Origin: Betaproteobacteria bacterium | GTDB lineage: Bacteria > Pseudomonadota > Gammaproteobacteria > Burkholderiales > SG8-41 | Direction of reading: 5' to 3' | Length of the DNA: 64,000 bases | Assembly: GCA_028291945.1 (NCBI GenBank) | Contig: JAQGNH010000043.1 | Location: forward strand, 6,522-70,521 | Part shown: positions 1-8,874 of the stretch, one piece after another | Layout of the letters: each line of letters opens with the position of its first letter | How positions within the stretch are numbered: position 1 is the stretch's first letter | Program-made: the position numbers and the translations under genes | The notes under the pieces: model-generated | The model's database searches: none | Told to the model about the DNA's origin: nothing | What the model saw: the letters and a program-made list of their open reading frames with translations, nothing else

Positions 1-110
1 GTGAGGACGTTGTCCGTGTTCTTTCCGTCGTTGCTGAGCTCCGATTGGGTTTGAGCGTGAGCTATTGAAGCGCTGATCAGAAATGCTGCGGCGAACACGA
101 ACCGTGTCAT
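1..110 (-). CDS. PQQ-dependent alcohol dehydrogenase (methanol/ethanol family), N-terminal fragment running off the window edge
   Basis: A reverse-strand ATG at 110-108 gives MTRFVFAAAFLISASIAHAQTQSELSNDGKNTDNVLT. This is a signal peptide followed by an NDxKxTxxVL start resembling quinoprotein ethanol dehydrogenases. Only about 36 codons are visible. Confidence 0.4.
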   Translation of the reverse strand, partial: MTRFVFAAAFLISASIAHAQTQSELSNDGKNTDNVL

Positions 111-230
111 CGACTCCCCTCCAATGAGCGCCGCCGGCCGTTTCGTATGGATTACTGCAAGATCGCCGGCAGTCGGCTCACGAATATTGCACTGGGAAGC
201 GGCGCGATAGCAAGGCGCGGAAAGTTGCGC

Positions 231-480
231 TTAACGTGCGTCCTGCCGACTGACTTCAGACTGAAGGGTGCGGGTTTTTTCCGGCCATGTGCTCTTGATG
301 TACGCGATCACCGCGCGGCTGCCCTTCGAGTTTTGCGCCATGACAGGCTGCGCCGTGCGGATCGTAAAGCTGTTTACCGCGCGCTGCGGTCGAGGCCGTG
401 ATCTGGCGCTCGGTCGTGTCGCTACAGGCTTGTAACCCAAGCGCAAGCAGCGCGGTCCAGCGCAGATAACGAAAACTCAT
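231..480 (-). pseudogene. c-type cytochrome remnant (lipoprotein signal, damaged CXXCH, internal deletion plus frameshift)
   Basis: ORF 256..480 reads MSFRYLRWTALLALGLQAC...GKQLYDPHGAACHGAKLEGQP. The expected CAACH heme motif reads GAACH (GGC where TGC is expected). The cytochrome-like C-terminal AVIAYIKSTWPE appears right after LEGQPR but in a different frame (ORF 231..446). Confidence 0.45.
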
Positions 481-534
481 CGAGCTAGCGGTACGTTCGC
501 GTCAACGCGATTGCCGTTGCCGCGCAGAAACGGT

Positions 535-1794
535 TCAGCTTGCGAGTCGGCGGTGTGCGGCGCCGTGTCGCGGACGGATGACGCTGCGCGCAAGTCTCTT
601 CACGGCCCCGAAGCGAGCCACGACGCCCACGAGAATTGCAGTCGTAAGAGCGATGCCTAGCGCTGTCCGGTTGTTCCTCACCAGCACGCGTGCAGCGTGG
701 ACAGGCGAGTTGTGCTCCCTCGGCGCGCGAGTTTCGGGCGCTGGGCTGATCGGAGCCGGCCGTGGTTGCGACAGCGCAGGGTGGCCGCGATCGACAAATG
801 GCGCTGCGCCCGATGGCACAGTCGACCCGGCGCTGGGAGCGGATTCGCCGCGCGCCGCAACAGTACTGGTCGGTATTGTGCCGGTATCGCTTCGCGTGGG
901 AACCTCGCTTTCGGCCGTGCGAGCAGCCTTTTCCTGCGCCGCCTCGTTGCGCCTCGATCCATACATATTTGCATAAACCCACGTGAACTCGGCACCAAAC
1001 AGGAAGATCTGCGCCGAATAATAAACCCACACCATCATGATCACGAGCGAGCCCGCGGCTCCGAAGCTCGAGGTTACGTCGCTCTTGCCCAGATAAAGGC
1101 CGATGAGAAATTTGCCGATCGTGAAGAGCAATGAAGTGACCGCAGCGCCGGTCCACACGTCGTGCCAGCCGACGTGCACGCGCGGGATCATCTTGTAGAT
1201 GAGCGCGAAGATCAAAGTGAGCAATCCAAAATTGATGACCAGGTCGAGGACGTGTGCCAGGGTTTCCCAGCCACCGAACCATGCTCCCCACCATTTACCC
1301 AGAGCAGCCAGCGCGGCCGACGTGACCAAAGAGATCGTGAGCAGGAATATGACGCCAAGTATCATTCCGAATGACAGCAAGCGCGTGCGCAACAGTGTCC
1401 AGATACCCGAGGTCTTGATGCGCGCTGGCACGCGCCATATGCGGTCGAGATCGCTCTGGAGCTCGTTGAAGACGGTGGTGGCGCCGATCAGCAGGCCGAT
1501 CACGCTGATGGTCGCGGCGAATCCGCCTGTGCTTGGCTTACTCGCGCTGCTCAGCATCTCCTGTATAGCCTTAGCCCCTTCCTCGCCCATCAGCGATTGC
1601 AGTTGCGCGAATATGACGCCGCGGACTGCATCCGCCCCGAACAGCAGGCCGGCGATCGAAATCACGATCATCAGCAGCGGCGTTATAGAAAAAAGCGTGT
1701 AGTACGAGAGGGCGGCACCCATGCTCGGTGCATAGTCTTCAGACCAGGAGTCGATGCTCTTTTTGGTGAGCGCCCAAACTTGTTTCAGGTTCAT
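535..1794 (-). CDS. YihY/BrkB family inner-membrane protein with a long C-terminal extension
   Basis: 419-aa ORF. The N-terminus MNLKQVWALTKKSIDSWSEDYAPSMGAALSYYTLFSITPLL and the multiple TM segments are typical of the YihY family. The Pro/Ala/Ser-rich tail ends in one more hydrophobic helix. Confidence 0.85.
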   Translation of the reverse strand: MNLKQVWALTKKSIDSWSEDYAPSMGAALSYYTLFSITPLLMIVISIAGLLFGADAVRGVIFAQLQSLMGEEGAKAIQEMLSSASKPSTGGFAATISVIGLLIGATTVFNELQSDLDRIWRVPARIKTSGIWTLLRTRLLSFGMILGVIFLLTISLVTSAALAALGKWWGAWFGGWETLAHVLDLVINFGLLTLIFALIYKMIPRVHVGWHDVWTGAAVTSLLFTIGKFLIGLYLGKSDVTSSFGAAGSLVIMMVWVYYSAQIFLFGAEFTWVYANMYGSRRNEAAQEKAARTAESEVPTRSDTGTIPTSTVAARGESAPSAGSTVPSGAAPFVDRGHPALSQPRPAPISPAPETRAPREHNSPVHAARVLVRNNRTALGIALTTAILVGVVARFGAVKRLARSVIRPRHGAAHRRLAS

Positions 1795-1926
1795 GGCGAG
1801 TATCCGGCAGCGGGCGATATGGCACCGCGTGCAAACTGCATGCCACCCACGAATTTACGGCCGGCGCGCCTGCAAAGCAGACGTGGACAACGACAGGTCG
1901 TCCGGCGGTCCCGGGGAGCGGGCGTC

Positions 1927-3462
1927 TCAGTCGAGCAGCTTCAGACGCTGGACCTTGCCGGAAGGCCCTTTCGGCAGCGAGTCTACGATTTTCAGGATTT
2001 TCGGCGCCTTGTAACTTCCGAGCTCACGCTGGGAGAAAGTCTTGAGCTCGTCTGCCGTGCAGCGCGAGCCGGGCTTCAGAACAACGCAGACCATGATTTC
2101 CTGCCCGTACAGCGAATCGGCGATACCTACGGCGGCGGCCTCCAGCACCGCCGGATGCTTCAGCAGCGCTTCATCGATTTCCCGCGGTGCGATGTTCTCT
2201 CCGCCTTTGATGATGAGCTCCTTGATGCGGCCGGTGACGAACACGAAACCATCCGCGTCCAGGTAACCGACATCGCCAGAGCGCATCCAGCCGTCCGATT
2301 GCAGTGTGCTCGCGGTCGTTTCCGGATCCTTGTAATAGCACTTCATCACGTTGTCGCCGCGGAGCATGATTTCGCCCTCGACACCGACCCGCTGCGTTGC
2401 GCCGGTGTGCAGATCTATGACCTTCGCTTCGTTTCCATAAGCCTGTCCCGGACTGCCGAGCTTGCGCTTGCTCGCATCGTAAGGATTCGTGAAACACGGC
2501 GCGTTGGTTTCAGTCATGCCGAAAGTTTCTATCACGCCAATACCGAACTTACGCTCGAAAGCGCGGTGCAAATCGGGGGCAAGCGGTGCGGACGCCGAGC
2601 GGCAGAACTTCACGCGCGATATGTCGAGACCGCTGTCGCGGGGATCCGGCGCATTGAGCAGATAGGCGATGATGGTCGGAACGACGTTGATCCATGTACA
2701 GTGGTGTTCCGCGACATGGCGCCAGTAATCCGAAACGCTGAAGCGATGCGGCATGACCACGCTTCCGCCGTGCACGAGCGGCGCGACGCCAGTCACGATC
2801 TGGCCGTTGATGTGGTACAGCGGCAGTGCGCACATCACCCGGTCTTCGCCGCCCAGACAGTGTGCTGCGCTCGTGTACTCACCGCCGGCGACGACGCTGC
2901 GATGCGGGTGTAGCACGCCTTTCGGTTTACCCGTCGTACCCGACGTATACATCAGCAGGCAGTCGTCTTCCTCATGTACGAGCGGCAACTCGAGATCGGT
3001 ATGTGGCGCAGCCCCCACCTTTTTGACTGACGAGCGCGGCTTGTCAATGGCGCGAGGGGCATCGGGATCCAGGACGACCACCTTCACCTCGCGCTGCACC
3101 GCGCCAAGCGCTTCATGCACGCGGGGCGCTAACTCTTCACTCGTGAAAATCAGCGCCGTGTCGGAATGATCGATCACGTATTCGAGCTGCGAGCGCTGCG
3201 ACAATAAATTCAGCGGCGCGACGGTGAAGCCGGCATACATGACACCGATCAGCAGCCGCGCGGTCTGATAGCTGTTGTGCAGCATCAGCGCGACTTTGTC
3301 GCCTTTCTGAAGACCCTGTGCAAGGAGAAAACCGCCGAGCGCGCGCGACGCGCGTTGAAGCTCGCCATAGGTCATGATGGCGCCCGTCTCGGGCGCGATC
3401 AGGAAAGGCGCGGCGGGCTGCTCAGACGCGCGCAGGTCGACGTGGTGGCGTATGGTGCGCAT
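1927..3462 (-). CDS. AMP-dependent acyl-CoA synthetase/ligase
   Basis: It carries the AMP-binding motifs YTSGTTGKPKGV, GYLDADGFVFVTGRIKELI and KGPSGKVQR. I place the start at the ATG at 3462 (MRTIRHH). The longer ORF to 3513 reads through a repeat arm. Confidence 0.85.
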   Translation of the reverse strand: MRTIRHHVDLRASEQPAAPFLIAPETGAIMTYGELQRASRALGGFLLAQGLQKGDKVALMLHNSYQTARLLIGVMYAGFTVAPLNLLSQRSQLEYVIDHSDTALIFTSEELAPRVHEALGAVQREVKVVVLDPDAPRAIDKPRSSVKKVGAAPHTDLELPLVHEEDDCLLMYTSGTTGKPKGVLHPHRSVVAGGEYTSAAHCLGGEDRVMCALPLYHINGQIVTGVAPLVHGGSVVMPHRFSVSDYWRHVAEHHCTWINVVPTIIAYLLNAPDPRDSGLDISRVKFCRSASAPLAPDLHRAFERKFGIGVIETFGMTETNAPCFTNPYDASKRKLGSPGQAYGNEAKVIDLHTGATQRVGVEGEIMLRGDNVMKCYYKDPETTASTLQSDGWMRSGDVGYLDADGFVFVTGRIKELIIKGGENIAPREIDEALLKHPAVLEAAAVGIADSLYGQEIMVCVVLKPGSRCTADELKTFSQRELGSYKAPKILKIVDSLPKGPSGKVQRLKLLD

Positions 3463-3477
3463 GACCCGAAAACGTTT

Positions 3478-3620
3478 ACCACGAAGGACACGAAGGACAC
3501 AAAGGAATACCAACCACCAACGATGACGGCGACTGAGGCGGTGATGATCTCATCGATGGCGCTGGGCTGCGCCTTTCAATTGCCAACGCTTTCCTTTGTG
3601 TCCTTCGTGTCCTTTGTGGT
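3478..3620. repeat. Inverted-repeat spacer element with arms of tandem 9-mers (RAAGGACAC / GTGTCCTTY)
   Basis: The left arm 3478-3507 (accacgaaggacacgaaggacacaaaggaa) and right arm 3591-3620 (ttcctttgtgtccttcgtgtcctttgtggt) are complementary at 29 of 30 positions. The one mismatch would be a G:U pair in RNA. The internal loop is 83 nt. Confidence 0.9.
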
Positions 3621-5092
3621 TATTTTGTTAGTCCATGCTTAGCCCAGTAGTCACCAAAGATGTCCTCCACGGTCGGCTCGTTCGGCGGGATCGTGCGCAC
3701 GATGCGTGTGATATTCATGAAGTGGCGGTAATTCAGATTTTCGGAAAAGCTGTTTCCACCCCAGGTGCCACACCCCATCGAGAGTGAAAATGGCAAGCCG
3801 TTGTCGAAGCTGCCGCCGTTGGCGAACGTATGCGCCTGGTTCACGATGACACGGCACACAGTCATCTCGCGACCCAGGTAGTCGATGTGCGACTCGTCGC
3901 GAGTATGAATACCGCACGAATGACCGTCGCCCATGTAGTCGTAGATTTCTCGCATGATCTCGACGGCATTTTCGAAATCCCGCGCCCGGTACAGCGTGAG
4001 TACCGGCGACAGCTTTTCCCCCGAATACGGATAATCGCGGCCCGTTCCGATTTCTTCGACCATCAGACACTTCGCTCGAATGAGCTCGGAGCGAGTCAGG
4101 CCCGCGAGCTCACAGATGCGAGACACCGGCTGAGCTGTTACCGCGGCCGAGAGCTTGCCGCCGGGAAACATTGTTTTCTGCAGCGTCTCTTTTTCGGGTG
4201 CGGACAACAGGACCCCGCCTTCGCGCTCCAGCGCGGCGATCATCCGATCGTAGACGTTGCCGTGAATGATCAGACTGTTTTCCGAAGAGCAGCTGGTTGC
4301 GTTGTCGAAAATCTTCGAACGCATTACTTTTGCTGCAGCGTCCGCGCAATCTGCGGTGTCATCGATGATGACCGCCACGTTTCCGGCGCCCACGCCCAGC
4401 GCCGGTGTGCCGCTCGAGTAACCTGCGCGCACATTGCTTTGCGAGCCCGTCACGACGACCAGGTCAGCCTGCTTCATCAGCTCATTCGAAAGCGCCTTCG
4501 TCGCGGCGGGAAGTAATTGCACGAGGTCGAGAGGTGCGCCGATGCGCTTCAGCTCTTCGTGAATGTACTCGAGCAGACGCACAGACGTGGAATAGCCTTT
4601 GGGTGAAGGCGACAGGATGATCGCGTTGCCGCATTTCAGCGCGTTAATGATGTTGTTCGCGGGCGTCGCGCCGGGGTTCGTTGACGGTACCACAGCCGCG
4701 ACTACACCCACCGGCCGCGCGATCTCTATAACGCCTTTATCGGGGTATTCCGCAATGACCCCCGTTGAGACCGCGCCCGCCAGATCGCGCAAAAGGCCGA
4801 GTGTCTTGCGGTGATTCTTGACGATTTTGTCAGCGACATTGCCCAGGCCGGTATCGCGCACCGCGAGCTCGGCAAGTTGGCGATTGCGAGCCGGCTCCAT
4901 GATCGCCCAGCCCACAGCGCTTACGACTTCGTCGAGCCCACACTGGTCGTATCGGGCGTAGGTTTTCTGCGCAGTGCGCGCACGATCCATCAACGCTCGC
5001 ACGGTCTGTGCGGCGCCGGTGAGTTCCGTGCTCGCTTCGGTAGTACTCACGATGGGATGCCTTTCACTGGCGCCCGCTCGACGCGTGGACAA
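3620..5092 (-). CDS. CoA-acylating aldehyde dehydrogenase family protein (EutE/SauS-like)
   Basis: 490-aa ORF containing VVPSTNPGATPANNIINALKCGNAIILSPSPKG and NATSCSSENSLI, the catalytic Cys region of acylating ALDHs. Confidence 0.8.
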   Translation of the reverse strand: MSTRRAGASERHPIVSTTEASTELTGAAQTVRALMDRARTAQKTYARYDQCGLDEVVSAVGWAIMEPARNRQLAELAVRDTGLGNVADKIVKNHRKTLGLLRDLAGAVSTGVIAEYPDKGVIEIARPVGVVAAVVPSTNPGATPANNIINALKCGNAIILSPSPKGYSTSVRLLEYIHEELKRIGAPLDLVQLLPAATKALSNELMKQADLVVVTGSQSNVRAGYSSGTPALGVGAGNVAVIIDDTADCADAAAKVMRSKIFDNATSCSSENSLIIHGNVYDRMIAALEREGGVLLSAPEKETLQKTMFPGGKLSAAVTAQPVSRICELAGLTRSELIRAKCLMVEEIGTGRDYPYSGEKLSPVLTLYRARDFENAVEIMREIYDYMGDGHSCGIHTRDESHIDYLGREMTVCRVIVNQAHTFANGGSFDNGLPFSLSMGCGTWGGNSFSENLNYRHFMNITRIVRTIPPNEPTVEDIFGDYWAKHGLTK

Positions 5093-5132
5093 GCCGCGCT
5101 TATCATACCGCGAGAGGCATTTGGGATTGATT

Positions 5133-5444
5133 ATGCGACTTGTGAAGTCACTTTTATTAGCCGCTGCGCTGGGTCTTGCCGCTTGCGCAACTGAACCGCC
5201 GAGATACGGCGAAGTCGTTACGATGAAAGCCGGCGAAGCGCAGGCGACCTCGGATTATCCGGCACCGGGCACCGTGTGGCGCCTCGATGAAAAGGACCTC
5301 AAAACGTTGAGCCCGACGCCCATCGTTCCGGCGCCGCCACCCCCGAATCTGCCGCCGCCCCCTCGGCCCAATGCCTCTTACCCGCCGGCGTACTACTCGC
5401 CGCCCTATTGGGGCCCGAGCTATTACTACTGGCGCGGGTGGTAA
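5133..5444 (+). CDS. Small lipoprotein with a Pro/Tyr-rich C-terminus
   Basis: An internal ATG at 5133 gives MRLVKSLLLAAALGLAAC, a lipobox. The C-terminus is PPPPNLPPPPRPNASYPPAYYSPPYWGPSYYYWRGW. Confidence 0.55.
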   Translation: MRLVKSLLLAAALGLAACATEPPRYGEVVTMKAGEAQATSDYPAPGTVWRLDEKDLKTLSPTPIVPAPPPPNLPPPPRPNASYPPAYYSPPYWGPSYYYWRGW

Positions 5445-5588
5445 CTTTCAGGTGCATCTCCTCGCGCTGGTTCAAACTCAGTCTCGGCTCCGCATCACGT
5501 GCCGCTCATGTCGTGAGCTGGCATACGTTTTGCCGGCGGAAGATGCTACACTCCGCGCCGTCACAAAACGCAACAGGCAGTTTATGAA

Positions 5589-7007
5589 ATGGAAGGCAAG
5601 AAGCACGTCAAATTCGAGGGAAGACTGGTCTTCGTCGGCTTCGGATCGGTCGGGCAGGGTTCTTTGCCACTCCTGCTGCGCCACATCGATATGCCGCACG
5701 AGCGCATCTCCATCGTCACCGGGGATGAGCGCGGCCGCGCCGAAGCTGCCCACTTCGGCATAAAGTTCGAGGTCCGTCCCCTCACGCGCCAGAATTATCG
5801 CGCGATACTCGATCCCCTGATCGGCAGGGGCGATTTCCTTCTCAATCTTTCAGTCGATGTCTCCAGCGTAGCGCTGATCGAGCTCTGTTACGAAAAGGGC
5901 GCGATGTACATGGATACGTGCATCGAGCCCTGGCTCGGCGGATACACGGATCAGAGCGTCACGCCGTCTTTGCGCTCGAATTACGGCTTGCGCGAGGCCG
6001 TGCGCGCTCTGCGCGACAAATATCCTAACAGCGGCCCCACGGTCATTCCCACTCATGGTGCTAATCCCGGCCTCATTTCGCACTGGGTCAAGCAGGCGCT
6101 CCTCGACATTGCGCGCGATGCGAAAGGCGAGGTCAAAACACCGAAGACACGCGACGCGTGGGCGAAGCTCGCCATGGAGCTCGGAGTAAAAACCATCCAT
6201 TGCGCTGAGCGTGACACGCAGGTGGCCGACCCGCGGAAGCGTCGTTTCGAATTCGTGAATACCTGGTCCGTGGACGGCTTCATCGGCGAAGGTTCGCAGC
6301 CTTGCGAGCTCGGCTGGGGCTCTCACGAAAAGCATTTCCCGCCCGACGGCAAGAACCACGAGGTCGGCTGCAAGGCAGCTATCTATCTCACGCGTCCGGG
6401 CGCATCGGTGAAGGTTCGTTCGTGGACGCCGACGGAAGGTCAGTACCACGGGCTCCTCATCACACACGGTGAAGCGATTTCGATTTCCGACTACTACACT
6501 GTGCGAAAGAACGGTCGCGTTGTTTACCGACCCACGTGCCATTACGCTTACCATCCTTGCGACGACACGGTGCTGTCGGTTCACGAGCTCGCTGGCAGAG
6601 GCTGGATCGGTCAGGAGAAAAGGCGCGTGCTGATGGACGAAATTTACGACGGTGTCGATGAGCTGGGCGCACTTTTGATGGGGCACGCACGGGGCGCGTA
6701 CTGGTACGGCTCGCAGGTCTCCGTGCACGAAGCGCGCAAGCTGGCCCCGTTCAACAACGCGACGAGCATACAGGTTGCAGCGGGCGTGCTCGGCGGTGTC
6801 GTGTGGGCCATGGAAAATCCGGACGCCGGCATACTGGATCCCGATGATCTCGATTTCGAGCGTGTGCTCGAAGTTGCAAACCCGTACTTAGGTAAAGTAC
6901 ACGGCGTGTACAGTGACTGGACGCCGCTAGAGGGGCGCAACCACCCGTTTCCTGAGGATCTCGATACGAGCGATGCCTGGCAGTTCAAGAACTTCCGAGT
7001 TGTCTAG
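5589..7007 (+). CDS. hss: Homospermidine synthase
   Basis: 472-aa ORF. It has an N-terminal Rossmann GFGSVGQG and overall resembles bacterial homospermidine synthases (saccharopine-dehydrogenase-like) in length and in the motifs HGANPGLISHW and YRPTCHYAYHPCDD. Confidence 0.75.
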   Translation: MEGKKHVKFEGRLVFVGFGSVGQGSLPLLLRHIDMPHERISIVTGDERGRAEAAHFGIKFEVRPLTRQNYRAILDPLIGRGDFLLNLSVDVSSVALIELCYEKGAMYMDTCIEPWLGGYTDQSVTPSLRSNYGLREAVRALRDKYPNSGPTVIPTHGANPGLISHWVKQALLDIARDAKGEVKTPKTRDAWAKLAMELGVKTIHCAERDTQVADPRKRRFEFVNTWSVDGFIGEGSQPCELGWGSHEKHFPPDGKNHEVGCKAAIYLTRPGASVKVRSWTPTEGQYHGLLITHGEAISISDYYTVRKNGRVVYRPTCHYAYHPCDDTVLSVHELAGRGWIGQEKRRVLMDEIYDGVDELGALLMGHARGAYWYGSQVSVHEARKLAPFNNATSIQVAAGVLGGVVWAMENPDAGILDPDDLDFERVLEVANPYLGKVHGVYSDWTPLEGRNHPFPEDLDTSDAWQFKNFRVV

Positions 7008-7021
7008 GACGACTCGGAAGT
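6991..7021 (+). terminator. Perfect 10-bp hairpin enclosing the hss stop codon
   Basis: acttccgagt (6991-7000) pairs with actcggaagt (7012-7021). The 11-nt loop contains the TAG at 7005-7007. No clear T-run follows. Confidence 0.35.
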
Positions 7022-7030
7022 TCGGGCGGA

Positions 7031-7131
7031 GTACGAACAGAGGGAAACCCAGGTTTCCCTCCGTAACCTCGCTCCGCTCGGCGGGCCGGTAAACAAACAG
7101 AGGGAAACCAAAGGTTTCCCTCCGTAACCTC
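7031..7131. repeat. Two tandem copies of a REP-like hairpin element (GTAMACNAACAG-stem-loop-stem-CGTAACCTC)
   Basis: Copies lie at 7031-7070 and 7089-7131. Each has the stem gagggaaacc / ggtttccctc. A third copy is at 23275-23317. Confidence 0.85.
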
Positions 7132-7260
7132 CCATCCTTCGGCGATCTATTGATCGCTCCGTAGCATCGACGCCGCAGGCGATCTAGCCGAAGGAGACGC
7201 TGCGGTTATTCTGCTTGTTAAATTGTCTTGGCTGGACTGACGGAGTCCGAAGGGACTCAT

Positions 7261-8244
7261 TCAATCCAGCTTGATGTTGGCTTCTTTGACGATCTTCGCG
7301 TACTTCGTGCGTTCGGAGAGGATGAACGCGGCGAACTCCTCCGGTGAGTTGCCGACAGCTTCTGCGCCGACGCTCGCCATCTTCTCTTTGACGTCGGGTT
7401 GACGCAGGAGCTTCGCGGCCTCACCGGCGAGTTTTGCAATCGCGTCTTTGCTGACGCCCGCAGGCGCGACTGGGCCCCACCACGTGCTCATGTCGAAGCC
7501 GGGCACGCCGGCTTCCGATATCGAAGGATATTCAGGCAGCAGCGAAAAGCGCTTCTCGGATGTGACGGCGATTGCGCGCAGCCGTCCCTGTTTGACGTGG
7601 TTGATCACGGTGGGGATCGTATCGAAGTCGAGATGTATCTGGCCGGAAACGAGATCGATGATCGATTGGCCCGCGCCTTTATAGGGAATGTGCAGCATGT
7701 CCACTCTCGCCTGCAGCTTGAAGAGTTCCCCGGCGAGATGCTGGACCGTGCCCGAACCGGGTGATGCAAACTGCAGCTGGCTAGGCCTCGCCTTGGCTAG
7801 TGCGATCAGGTCCTTCACGTTTCTCACCGGCAGCGATGGATGCACGACGAGCAGGTTTGGCGCAATCGCAACGAGCGAAATCGGTGCGAAGTCTTTTGCG
7901 GGGTCGTAAGGGAGCTTGATCAGCGACGGCAGGATCGACATCGCCGCGATGTGCGCCATCATCACGGTGTACCCATCGGGTGTCGCTTTCGCCACGACCT
8001 CGGCCGCAATCTGGCCGCTCGCGCCTCCGCGGTTGTCGGGCAGGACCTGCTGTCCGAGCACTTCGGAGAGCTTTTGCGTCGCAATGCGCCCCACGATATC
8101 GGTCCCGCCGCCGGGCGGGAAACCGATCGCCATGCGAATCGCTTTAGTGGGTTACTGCTGGGCCATGGCAGCCATGGGCAGAGCGCCGTTGATCGCCGCG
8201 CAGGCAAGCGCGAGTACGAACCTCTGCGCGAGTACGAACCTCAT
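7261..8244 (-). pseudogene. Bug/TctC-family periplasmic solute receptor interrupted by an in-frame TAA
   Basis: The ATG at 8244 gives the signal peptide MRFVLAQRFVLALACAAINGALPMAAMAQQ. A TAA at 8154-8152 then occupies the position held by Tyr in three of the four paralogues and Phe in the frameshifted one (AQxYP). The same frame continues PTKAIRMAIGFPPGGGTDIVGR for 290 more codons. An 18-bp tandem duplication lies in the signal peptide (8208-8242). Confidence 0.7.
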
Positions 8245-8303
8245 CACTTCTTCTCCTCGACGACTGCTTTGAAACGTTATAGTCCTCAGCATCCTGCATT
8301 AGG

Positions 8304-8843
8304 ATGAAACGCGCAATGTCGCACGACTCGATCGATCGCCCGTCGCCGTGGGTCCTACGCTGGGCGGCGCTGATTACCGCAGGTGGACGCGTCCTCGACG
8401 TCGCGTGTGGCCATGGGCGCCACGCCCGCTGGTTCGCCGAGCGCGGCCACGGGGTTGACGCCGTGGATCGCGATGCTGCGGCGATTGCGAGCCTTGCGCA
8501 CACGCGCGGCGTGCAGCCGTTGTGCGCCGACATCGAAAGCGGCCGTTGGCCTTATCAGCCGCAAACCTACGCCGCGGTCATCGTTGCGAACTATCTCCAC
8601 CGGCCGATCTTTCCTGACTTGCTAATGGCGCTTACCGACGGGGGCGTGCTCATCTACGAAACGTTTGCGCTCGGGAACGAACGCTACGGACGGCCGTCGA
8701 ACCCGCATTTCCTGCTCAAACCGGGTGAGTTGCTGGACCTTGTTCGCGGGCAGCTGCGGGTTGTCGCCTACGAACATATCTATAGCGATGATCCCAAACC
8801 TGCACTGTTGCAGCGCATTTGTGCGGTAAAATGCCCGCCGTGA
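8304..8843 (+). CDS. Class I SAM-dependent methyltransferase (TehB-like)
   Basis: 179-aa ORF with the motif I sequence [19 protein letters not shown]. Confidence 0.75.
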   Translation: MKRAMSHDSIDRPSPWVLRWAALITAGGRVLDVACGHGRHARWFAERGHGVDAVDRDAAAIASLAHTRGVQPLCADIESGRWPYQPQTYAAVIVANYLHRPIFPDLLMALTDGGVLIYETFALGNERYGRPSNPHFLLKPGELLDLVRGQLRVVAYEHIYSDDPKPALLQRICAVKCPP

Positions 8844-8874
8844 ATGGCAGGGTGCTGTTTTATCGGGAATAAGT

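Noticed and set aside
3277-3642. A plus-strand ORF translating the repeat as KDTKDTKEY...SFVSFVSFVV. A similar ORF at 60072..60455 crosses the sibling repeat.
   Set aside because: The periodic peptides are just the translated 9-mer arms. The ORFs bridge two real minus-strand genes and have no start context.
8152-8154. Programmed stop-codon readthrough or recoding for the TctC gene at 7261-8244, and programmed frameshifting at 57485.
   Set aside because: The stop is TAA, not the Sec codon TGA, and no SECIS-like element is evident. The frameshift site lacks a slippery heptamer and a downstream pseudoknot. A simple mutation or a sequencing error is more parsimonious.
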